41,348 nucleotides of DNA, taken from Parcubacteria group bacterium. GTDB lineage: Bacteria; Patescibacteriota; Minisyncoccia; Portnoybacterales; UBA2143. How positions within the stretch are numbered: the first letter of the stretch is position 1; each line of letters starts with the position of its first letter. The notes under the pieces were generated by a model. That model was not told where the DNA came from. It was given only the letters and a program-made list of their open reading frames with translations, and searched no databases. The stretch is taken from assembly GCA_013203625.1 (NCBI GenBank), contig JABMPX010000007.1, positions 1 to 41,348 on the forward strand, given 5' to 3'. Positions 1 through 7,794 of this stretch are shown piece after piece. The position numbers and the translations under genes were made by a program.

Positions 1-647
1 GAGCAGATATTATTTTTGCTTTTGATGAATGCACTTCTCCTTTATCTGATTATAATTATACTAAAGAATCAATGCAAAGAACTCATAATTGGGCAGAAAT
101 TTGCTTGAAAACGAAAAAAATAAAAGACCAGGCGCTTTTTGGCATTATTCAAGGAAGCCAATGGAAAGATTTAAGAATAAAAAGCGCTCAATTTATCAGC
201 CAGATGCCTTTTGATGGTTTGGCTATTGGCGGTTCTTTGGGTAAAACCAAAAAAGACATGTATAAAATTTTAGATTGGGTTATTCCAGAAATGCCCGAAC
301 AAAAACCGCGTCATCTTTTGGGAATTGGCCATCCCAATGATTTAATTAAAGCGATTAAAAAAGGAATTGATCTTTTTGATTGCGTCCATCCAACTCGTTT
401 AGCGCGTCATGGTGTTTTCTTCACTCCCAAAAAAGAATTGAATATTTTAAATGCCTGTTATCAAGCAGACAAAAAGCCAATAATGAGAAATTGTTCCTGT
501 TATGTTTGCCAGAATTTCAGCAGAGCTTATTTGCGCCATCTTTTTAGAACAAAGGAAATACTTGGATTGCGTTTAGCTACTTTTCACAATCTTTGGTTTA
601 TGTCTCAATTAATGGAGAAAATCAGACAGGATATTAAAAAGGGTTGA
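1..647 (+). CDS. tgt: Queuine tRNA-ribosyltransferase, 5'-truncated by the window
   Basis: Frame is open from position 3 (ADIIFAFDECT). Motifs: FGIIQG, AIGG, PRHLLGIG, FDCVHPTRLARHG and the zinc site CSCYVC...HNL. Confidence 0.96.
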   Translation, partial: ADIIFAFDECTSPLSDYNYTKESMQRTHNWAEICLKTKKIKDQALFGIIQGSQWKDLRIKSAQFISQMPFDGLAIGGSLGKTKKDMYKILDWVIPEMPEQKPRHLLGIGHPNDLIKAIKKGIDLFDCVHPTRLARHGVFFTPKKELNILNACYQADKKPIMRNCSCYVCQNFSRAYLRHLFRTKEILGLRLATFHNLWFMSQLMEKIRQDIKKG

Positions 648-673
648 CAAGCAATAGCTTAATATGCTATTTT
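644..673 (+). promoter_or_regulatory. Sigma70-like promoter of the 40-aa leader ORF
   Basis: TTGACA (644-649), 18-nt spacer ending in TGC, then TATTTT (668-673), 7 nt before ATG 681. Confidence 0.6.
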
Positions 674-680
674 TAAAATA

Positions 681-803
681 ATGAATTTGGAAAATTTCAA
701 TAAAATTGGTTTAATCCTAATCAGCCTATATTTATTGGTTGGTTTTATCTTTGTTTATATTAAACAACAAAGCTGGTTAGGTTTTGAGATAGTAAAAAAA
801 TAA
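681..803 (+). CDS. 40-aa hydrophobic small ORF, putative attenuator leader peptide (MNLENFNKIGLILISLYLLVGFIFVYIKQQSWLGFEIVKK)
   Basis: Translated by hand. It follows the promoter, and codons 31-35 contain the antiterminator strand. Confidence 0.6.
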   Translation: MNLENFNKIGLILISLYLLVGFIFVYIKQQSWLGFEIVKK

Positions 804-853
804 AGAGAATAAGATCGTTTTAAGAGAAACCTAGCCAGCTGGCTAGGTTTTTT
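771..853 (+). promoter_or_regulatory. Terminator/antiterminator (attenuator) pair
   Basis: Perfect palindrome AAACCTAGCC-AGCT-GGCTAGGTTT (827-850) plus a T-run. AGCTGGTTAGGTTT (771-784) can alternatively pair with 827-840 (13 Watson-Crick pairs plus one G-U). Confidence 0.75.
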
Positions 854-901
854 AGTTCTTTAACAATTAGCGAAATCTAAAGGAAGGAGGTTAATTCTAT
901 T

Positions 902-1012
902 ATGGAAGATAAAGAGATTGAGCAAGTAGTTTCAGAGCAGGAAAAGGACGAAGATAGTGAAAAAAACCAGATGCCGATACTAATCATAGACGGCAAGATG
1001 GTTATTCTTTAG
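902..1012 (+). CDS. 36-aa acidic small protein (MEDKEIEQVVSEQEKDEDSEKNQMPILIIDGKMVIL)
   Basis: Strong SD AAGGAAGGAGGT upstream, and a terminator hairpin AAAGCGG/CCGCTTT (1034-1057) downstream. Confidence 0.65.
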   Translation: MEDKEIEQVVSEQEKDEDSEKNQMPILIIDGKMVIL

Positions 1013-1110
1013 TTCTTTATTTTCTCAAAAAACAAAGCGGCCTTAATAGACCGCTTTTGATTTTGTCATACAAGATTGAAAAATCACTGGAAATCTGATA
1101 TAATAGAGAT

Positions 1111-2547
1111 ATGCTTAAACTATTTAATACTTTAACCAGGAAAATTGAGATATTTAGGCCCATTAAGCAGGGAAAAGTTGGAATATATTCCTGTGGCCCA
1201 ACAGTTTATGATTTTGCTCATATAGGAAATTTAAGAGCCTATATCTTTGTTGATTTGCTTAAACGCTATTTAATATATAGCGGTTTTAAAGTTAAGCATG
1301 TGATGAATATTACTGATGTTGATGATAAAACGATTAAAAACAGCCAGCAAAATAATAAAAGTTTGCAGGAGTTTACGGATTTTTATTCAAAAGCATTTAT
1401 TAAAGATATTAAGTCATTGAATATTAAAATGCCTGACATTATGCCCAGAGCCACAAAACATATTCCTGAAATGGTTGATTTAATAAAAAAAATAGGCAAA
1501 CATGGATATTCATATAAATCAGAAAAATCTATTTATTTTAAGATTTCTAAGTTTTCTGATTATGGAAAATTAGCTCAATTAGACAAGCAAACATTAAAGC
1601 AGAATGCTGCTGGGCGTTTGAATATATCTGATGAATACGAAAAAGAACAAGTTAATGATTTTGTTTTATGGAAGGCATGGCAGCCAGAAGATGGTGAGGT
1701 TTTCTGGGATACAGAAATTGGCAAGGGCCGTCCTGGCTGGCACATAGAATGTTCGGCCATGTCAACAAAATATCTTGGAGAGATCTTTGATATTCATACT
1801 GGAGGAGTTGATTTAATTTTTCCACATCATACTAATGAAATCGCTCAGTCAGAAGCAGCTTTTAAAAAGAAGTTTGTCAATTACTGGCTTCATAATGAGC
1901 ACTTATTGGTTGAGGGAAAGAAAATGAGCAAGTCCTTGGGCAATTTCTATGCTTTAAAAGATATTAAAGATAAAAAATATAATCTTTTATTAATGAGATT
2001 AATTTTATTAAAAACTCATTATCGCAAAGTTCTGAATTTTACTTTAAAAGATTTAGACGAAGCGAAATCGATCGCGGAAAAATTTTTAAGTTTTTTAGCC
2101 GGTCTTGATTTCGTTGTCTGTGGTGGGAGTAATAATTTGGATATTAAAAATATGATATCGCAAAGCAGAAAAGAATTCAAAAAAGCAATGGACAATGATT
2201 TGAATATAAGTTCAGGTCTAGCATCTCTTTTTGATTTTATAGAAGAGGTTTATAAAAGAAAATCGTTAATATCTACTAATCAGGCGCAAGAAATTAAAAA
2301 TTATATTTTTGAGATTGACGAAGTTTTAGGTTTTATCAGGCCTCTTTATGAGCAGTATCAGATGCGGCTTAATAAAAAACTGGCGACTAAAAAGATTTTG
2401 AATATGATTAGCAAAAGGGAAAAGGCAAGGAAGAATAAAGATTATAAGGAAGCGGATAAAATAAGAATAGATTTATTAGAAAAGGGGATTGTTATAGAAG
2501 ACACAGAAAAAGGGGATAAGGCTAGATTACTAAAAATAATAGATTAA
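1111..2547 (+). CDS. cysS: Cysteine--tRNA ligase
   Basis: CGPTVY, HIGN, GRPGWHIECSAM and KMSKS motifs. Promoter TTGAAA-17-TATAAT (1076-1104). Confidence 0.98.
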   Translation: MLKLFNTLTRKIEIFRPIKQGKVGIYSCGPTVYDFAHIGNLRAYIFVDLLKRYLIYSGFKVKHVMNITDVDDKTIKNSQQNNKSLQEFTDFYSKAFIKDIKSLNIKMPDIMPRATKHIPEMVDLIKKIGKHGYSYKSEKSIYFKISKFSDYGKLAQLDKQTLKQNAAGRLNISDEYEKEQVNDFVLWKAWQPEDGEVFWDTEIGKGRPGWHIECSAMSTKYLGEIFDIHTGGVDLIFPHHTNEIAQSEAAFKKKFVNYWLHNEHLLVEGKKMSKSLGNFYALKDIKDKKYNLLLMRLILLKTHYRKVLNFTLKDLDEAKSIAEKFLSFLAGLDFVVCGGSNNLDIKNMISQSRKEFKKAMDNDLNISSGLASLFDFIEEVYKRKSLISTNQAQEIKNYIFEIDEVLGFIRPLYEQYQMRLNKKLATKKILNMISKREKARKNKDYKEADKIRIDLLEKGIVIEDTEKGDKARLLKIID

Positions 2548-2560
2548 ATTTAAGAAATAT

Positions 2561-4300
2561 ATGAAAATTTTTCAGGGATCAAAAATTATCTGGCAATATT
2601 TGAAGGAATATAAAAGAAAAGTTTATTGGATTGCTCTAGTCGCATCAGCGGGTTCTATTATTAGCGCTGTTATCCCATATATTTACGGTCGTTTAGTTGA
2701 TTTAGCCATTACTGAATTTTCTAGGCTTGATCTTATTGGCGGCATACTTTTGATTTGGTTGATTTTGTCTTTATTTGGCGATTGGCTCAATCGGACATCT
2801 GGTTTTCGCGGCAACTATATTGGAGTGGATGTAGCTAATGATTTAATAGTAAAAATTAGCAGCCACATTGTAGATTTGCCTATAAGCTTCCATAAAGATA
2901 AAAAAATGGGAGAAATAAATCGCAGGATGAGTCGCGGGGCAAGTTATTTAGAAAATATTATTGGCGATATTTTATTCTATTTATTGCCAAGTTTTTTAAC
3001 GATTGTTATTGCGCTAGGGATAATGTTTCGGGTTGAGTGGCGTTTAGCCGGATCTTTAGCTATTGTTCTGTTAATTTATTCTTTAGCAACTATCTGAAAA
3101 ACGAACCCAATTGTTAGCGAGAATAAAAAACTTAACAAGATTTTTGAAAAGTCGTATGGATATCTTTTTGACGTTATTTCAAATGTCCAATTAGTAAAAT
3201 CGTTTACTCAGGAGAAAATCGAGAAAAAGAGAATCTATAGGAATTTTAGAGTTAAAATTAGCGAGTCAACTAAAGATTTCTACGGTTTCTGGAAAGATTT
3301 AAACGCTTGGCAAGATATAATTTTTAGCATCGGATTTGTTAGTGTTTTTGCTGTGGCTATTTTAATGTTAAGATCTGACGCGATTACCGCTGGCCAATTA
3401 GTTATGTTTATCGGTTATGTCAGTTTGGCTTACCGTCCTTTTGCTATGTTAGGCAGGCAGTATAAGCAATTGAGGTCTGGTTTGACTGCGATTGAGCGGG
3501 CTGAAGGACTTATGGAAGAAAAACCCGAAGCCAGTCCAAAAAGAAAAACCGAATTAAAAAACATTCAAGGCAAGGTTGAGTTCCAATCAGTTTATTTTGA
3601 TTATAACGCAAAACAGAAAGTTCTAAACGGCGTTAGTTTAAAAGTAAAGCCGGGTCAAATGGTGGCTTTGGTTGGCGAAAGCGGAGTTGGCAAGACAACT
3701 TTAGTTGATTTGATTTCCGGATACTATTTGCCTAATAAAGGAAAAATATTAATTGATGGACAAAATATTTCCAAAATAACCCTTAATTCATTAAGAGGCA
3801 ATATTGCATTAGTCCCTCAAGAGATCACGCTATTTAATGATACTATTAAGAATAATATTGGCTACGGAAAATTAAAAGCGACTGACGAAGAAATTATTGA
3901 AGCGTCTAAGGCGGCTCATGTTCATAAGTTTGTTCAGAAATTTCCTAAAAAATATGACCAATTGGTTGGCGAACGAGGAATTAAACTTTCTACTGGACAA
4001 AAACAAAGAGTGGCTATTGCTAGAGCCGTATTAAGAGATCCTAAAATTCTTATTTTAGACGAAGCTACTTCCAGCTTAGATACAGCTACTGAAAAATTAG
4101 TTCAAGAAGCTCTTGCTCGTCTTATTAAAGGCAGAACTACTTTTGTAATTGCTCATCGTTTAAGCACTATTCAAAAGGCCGATTTGATTTTGGTCCTTGA
4201 AAAAGGCATAATTATTGAAGAAGGCGATCACCAAGAACTTGTTTCCAAAGGCGGCGTATATAAGAAACTCTGTGAACTTCAGTCAACAGTAATTGGGTAA
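2561..4300 (+). pseudogene. ABC exporter (fused TMD + NBD, MsbA/MdlB-like) interrupted by a single in-frame TGA at 3095-3097
   Basis: ORFs 2561..3097 and 3353..4300 share a frame, and 3098-3352 is stop-free. Walker A GESGVGKT, signature LSTGQ and Walker B ILILDE are intact. Confidence 0.85.
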
Positions 4301-4398
4301 ATTTTAAGAGACAGTTAAAAATAATTAAAATAATAATATTAATTGGTTGCTGGGGTAATAATTAAGAAGATTAAATAATGACTTAAAATAAAAAACTT

Positions 4399-5271
4399 AT
4401 GCATCTATCATTCATAATTTCACGTTTTTCTAATTTATTATTTTTTGTCCAGAAAACAAATCAGAATTGTTTAGTTAATTTTGATTTGAAAAAATATTTA
4501 GTCAATAATATTGATATCTCTTTTTATGGGAAAAACGAGGATGAAATTTGGAGACAGATTAGAAAATCAATTGGAAAACAAAACGCAGAACAATTTAAAA
4601 AAGCGGTTTTTCCAATAAGATCTATTTTTGATTCGCATTGGCAAGAAGCGTCAAATAATTTGCTTTTATGGAAACAGTATTTTCAAGACAATAGTACATT
4701 ATTTGAACAAGCTATTCTTGATATAAAAAAATTAAGCGGTGTAAGACATTTTGAACTTTCTAAAATTCCAATATATCTTATTTCTGATTCTCAAAGTAAT
4801 GATAAAGACATTAACGCCTGGTTTTCGTGGACGACAAAACAAAGTTTTGTAGTTGTTGAAATTCCAATATATCTTAAAGTATCTAATAATCTTTTCCCAT
4901 TAGGTGTTTTGGCTCATGAATTTTTTCATCTTATGTTAAAAAATAATAAAAATCTTGTTTTAGAAATTAATCAAATAGTTGAAAAAGATCAAATTCTACT
5001 TGCAAAATTACCAAAAGAACGTATTTCTAACAGAATGTTTTTTGAAGAATTGTTGGTTAGTTCTTTTATTCCAGAAGGTTATCTGGGCGAAAAATATTTT
5101 AGCGTTAAATCTATAGTTAATATTCCTAATCTAAAAAGTCTGTTAATCTGGCGGAAATTGATTGCTTTTAAAATGCGTCAAATAGCAAAAAAATATATTA
5201 ACAATAATCGACAAATTGATAAAGAATATTTAAACCAATTAATAAAAATTATTAGGCAAAATATAAAATAA
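4399..5271 (+). CDS. Hypothetical protein with HExxH motif (metallopeptidase-like)
   Basis: VLAHEFFH with a downstream Glu candidate (FFEE). No other recognisable domain. Confidence 0.6.
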   Translation: MHLSFIISRFSNLLFFVQKTNQNCLVNFDLKKYLVNNIDISFYGKNEDEIWRQIRKSIGKQNAEQFKKAVFPIRSIFDSHWQEASNNLLLWKQYFQDNSTLFEQAILDIKKLSGVRHFELSKIPIYLISDSQSNDKDINAWFSWTTKQSFVVVEIPIYLKVSNNLFPLGVLAHEFFHLMLKNNKNLVLEINQIVEKDQILLAKLPKERISNRMFFEELLVSSFIPEGYLGEKYFSVKSIVNIPNLKSLLIWRKLIAFKMRQIAKKYINNNRQIDKEYLNQLIKIIRQNIK

Positions 5272-5304
5272 AATCCCTCTTAGAAGTTTATTCTAAGAGG
5301 GATT
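5272..5304. terminator. Hairpin terminator between convergent genes
   Basis: 14-bp perfect stem AATCCCTCTTAGAA / TTCTAAGAGGGATT, with a T-run on the minus strand. Confidence 0.8.
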
Positions 5305-5310
5305 AAATGG

Positions 5311-5451
5311 TTATTGCCTGTTTGCCCAGTGGCCTTTGTCCCATGGACTCATGTTTAAATCCTTGTCTCTTTTTTCAGTGGCTTCTTTTTTAGCCTGAAG
5401 AAGAACTTTTGGAATAGGGTTGGGATTTGTTTTTGAAACATAGTTCGACAT
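5311..5451 (-). CDS. 46-aa putative RiPP precursor peptide (MSNYVSKTNPNPIPKVLLQAKKEATEKRDKDLNMSPWDKGHWANRQ)
   Basis: Not in the ORF track. SD AAAGGAGGTGAG upstream, start 39 nt after the rSAM stop on the same strand, and a terminator after it. Trp and His occur only in the C-terminal 10 aa. Confidence 0.85.
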   Translation of the reverse strand: MSNYVSKTNPNPIPKVLLQAKKEATEKRDKDLNMSPWDKGHWANRQ

Positions 5452-5490
5452 AATTCTCACCTCCTTTCTGTGTGAATGCGTTATTTCCAG

Positions 5491-6588
5491 TCATATAAAA
5501 CCATACGATTTTATTTTTACTGAAATATATTCAAAATACCTTTTTAGATTTTCGCAAACCTCATTTATCGGCTTGATAGAATTGAGTTGTGCGTAGCAAT
5601 CCTTAGCGCATCCTCCTTTGCATATAAAATACCAGTCGCATACCCGGCAATTTTCTTTTCTTTTTCTTAATATTTCTTGAAATTTTTCTAGGCGCGGATT
5701 AGATTTAGCTAAGGTTGATTTGTCCATCACGTTGCCAAAATTCAGGACGTTTGTTTTCGGAAAGGAATCACAACCATAAATTGATCCGTCGTGGTAAACA
5801 GTAACAAACTGGTCACATCTTCCCATGTATATGCATTCACGTTTATTTCCGCCAAGAATCAAACTAACAACACTTTGAATGTCTCGAATTTCAACTTCAG
5901 GATTGTCTAGTTCTAACCAAAGATCAAATATAGTAATCATGAAATCGATGTATTGTTTCGGTAAAATAGTAAGTGAAGACACGTCATTGCAATGACCGAT
6001 ATCTTTCACTCTGGCAAATTTCAGCTTTTTTATGTCTTCTTTGATAAAAAAACTGAAAATCTCTTTTGGAGATTGATAATCGACAGTACTAATACTGCAG
6101 ATGATTCCATTAAATACCTTGGCCCGTCGCAATAATTCAATGCCTCTCATAACATTGTCATATGATCCTGTTTTATTAGGATAGTAGCGAACTCGATCGT
6201 GAAAATGTTTTGGGCCATCAAGGCTTACGCCGACAAAAAAATCGTGTTCAGTGAAGAAATTTACCCATTCGAAAGTAATCAGAGTAGCATTAGTTTGAAT
6301 TGAATTTGTTATTTTTCTTCCTTTTTGCTCCCATACGCGTTGATATTCTACTGCTTTGCGATAGAAATCTATTCCAGCGAGTAAAGGTTCTCCTCCATGC
6401 CAGATAAATTCAATATCATTTTGATTATGACAGAAAAAATCAATCGTTGCTTTCAGTACTTCTGGATGCATGCGATTTTTTCCAGTTCTTTTTTTAAGTC
6501 CAGAAGCATAACAGTAAGAACACGACAAGTTGCATAATCCGTTAATAGGTTTAATAATCGGGGTAGAAATTGCTTGATAGGTTGTCAT
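5491..6588 (-). CDS. Radical SAM/SPASM-domain protein (anSME-like peptide maturase)
   Basis: CNLSCSYC, WHGGEPLL, QTNATL and VSLDGP motifs. SPASM Cys sets CIYMGRC...GC and CRVC..C...C...C. SD AAAGGAGGTG. Confidence 0.95.
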   Translation of the reverse strand: MTTYQAISTPIIKPINGLCNLSCSYCYASGLKKRTGKNRMHPEVLKATIDFFCHNQNDIEFIWHGGEPLLAGIDFYRKAVEYQRVWEQKGRKITNSIQTNATLITFEWVNFFTEHDFFVGVSLDGPKHFHDRVRYYPNKTGSYDNVMRGIELLRRAKVFNGIICSISTVDYQSPKEIFSFFIKEDIKKLKFARVKDIGHCNDVSSLTILPKQYIDFMITIFDLWLELDNPEVEIRDIQSVVSLILGGNKRECIYMGRCDQFVTVYHDGSIYGCDSFPKTNVLNFGNVMDKSTLAKSNPRLEKFQEILRKRKENCRVCDWYFICKGGCAKDCYAQLNSIKPINEVCENLKRYFEYISVKIKSYGFI

Positions 6589-6648
6589 CGCACACCTCCT
6601 TTTCTTTAAAATTGTAAAAGTGCATCAGATTTTTTTAATCTTCTTAAT

Positions 6649-6677
6649 AGGATATCTATTATTATCTATTTTGTCAA
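6649..6677 (-). promoter_or_regulatory. Promoter of the rSAM-peptide operon
   Basis: Minus-strand TTGACA-17 nt-TATCCT, with a direct repeat ATAGATA x2 across the spacer and -10. Confidence 0.55.
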
Positions 6678-6831
6678 ATTCATTTATCTCTATTTGAGAT
6701 ATAATAGTTTTAGATATCGCCAAATTGGCGATTTTTTGGTAAAATAAAGTTAAAAATAATTAAAGTTATTTTGAGTTAAAACGAGAAATTATAAAATTCT
6801 TCGTTAGAACTTAGAATAGCACAATCATATC

Positions 6832-7791
6832 ATGCCAAAAGTATTTATTACTCGTCAGATTCCTGACAAAGGAATTAATTTATTAAAAGACAAGGGCTGG
6901 GATGTTTCAGTTGGCCCAGAAGATAAAATATCAAGAGAGGATTTATTAGAAGGTGTTAAAGGCGTTGACGCTATTTTGTCGGTCTTAACAGAGAAAATTG
7001 ACAAAGAAGTTATGGAAGCGGCTGGCAAACAATTAAAAATCATTGCCAATTATGCGGTTGGATATAATAACATTGATGTGGATGAAGCCAAGAGAAGAGA
7101 GATTGTAGTTACTAATACGCCAGGCGTTTTAACAGAATCAGTAGCTGAACATACTATTGCTTTTCTTTTTGCAATTGCTGAGAGAATAGTTGAAGCAGAT
7201 AAATTTATTCGAGCTGGCAAGTATAAAGCATGGGGACCAAAGATGCTTTTAGGAGCAGATATCCAAGGAAAGACATTGGGTATTGTTGGATTAGGTCGGA
7301 TTGGTTCAGCTGTAGCTCAAAGAATGCAAGATGGTTTTGATGTTAAAATTATTTATTATGACCTTAAACGCAATGAAGAATTAGAAGAAAAATTTGGCAT
7401 GGAATATAGAGAATTAGACGACTTATTAAAAGAAGCTGATTTTGTTAGTTTGCATACTGCTTTAACTGACGAAACACGTCATTTAATCAATGCAGAAAAA
7501 TTAGCATTAATGAAGCCAAGCGCTTATTTAATTAATACTGCTCGTGGTCCAATTATTGATGAAGCAGCTTTAGTTGAAGTGTTAAAGGAAAAGAAAATTG
7601 CCGGAGCTGCGTTAGATGTATTTGAAAAAGAACCGGAATTAATGCCTGGTTTAACTGAATTGGAAAATGTTGTTTTGACTCCTCATATTGCTTCAGCAAC
7701 TTTAGGAACTCGGGATAAAATGGCTGAAATGGCTGCTAATAATATAATTGCTGTTTTAGAAGGAAATGAGCCATTAAATCCAGTTAAGTAA
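6832..7791 (+). CDS. D-isomer-specific 2-hydroxyacid dehydrogenase (glyoxylate reductase / D-glycerate dehydrogenase-like)
   Basis: NYAVGYNNID, GLGRIG, INTARG, LDVFEKEP and LTPHIAS motifs. Confidence 0.93.
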   Translation: MPKVFITRQIPDKGINLLKDKGWDVSVGPEDKISREDLLEGVKGVDAILSVLTEKIDKEVMEAAGKQLKIIANYAVGYNNIDVDEAKRREIVVTNTPGVLTESVAEHTIAFLFAIAERIVEADKFIRAGKYKAWGPKMLLGADIQGKTLGIVGLGRIGSAVAQRMQDGFDVKIIYYDLKRNEELEEKFGMEYRELDDLLKEADFVSLHTALTDETRHLINAEKLALMKPSAYLINTARGPIIDEAALVEVLKEKKIAGAALDVFEKEPELMPGLTELENVVLTPHIASATLGTRDKMAEMAANNIIAVLEGNEPLNPVK

Positions 7792-7794
7792 TTT

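Noticed and set aside
3095..3097. Genome-wide TGA recoding (code 4/25) or selenocysteine
   Set aside because: TGA is a real stop elsewhere (rnhB/amidohydrolase and pfkB/unknown ATGA overlaps, hydrogenase large subunit), and no other gene is interrupted. The position is not a catalytic Cys and no SECIS-like hairpin is evident.
5491..6588. Plain anaerobic sulfatase-maturating enzyme
   Set aside because: No sulfatase is in the window, and a co-transcribed peptide gene is a better substrate candidate. A distant sulfatase cannot be excluded.
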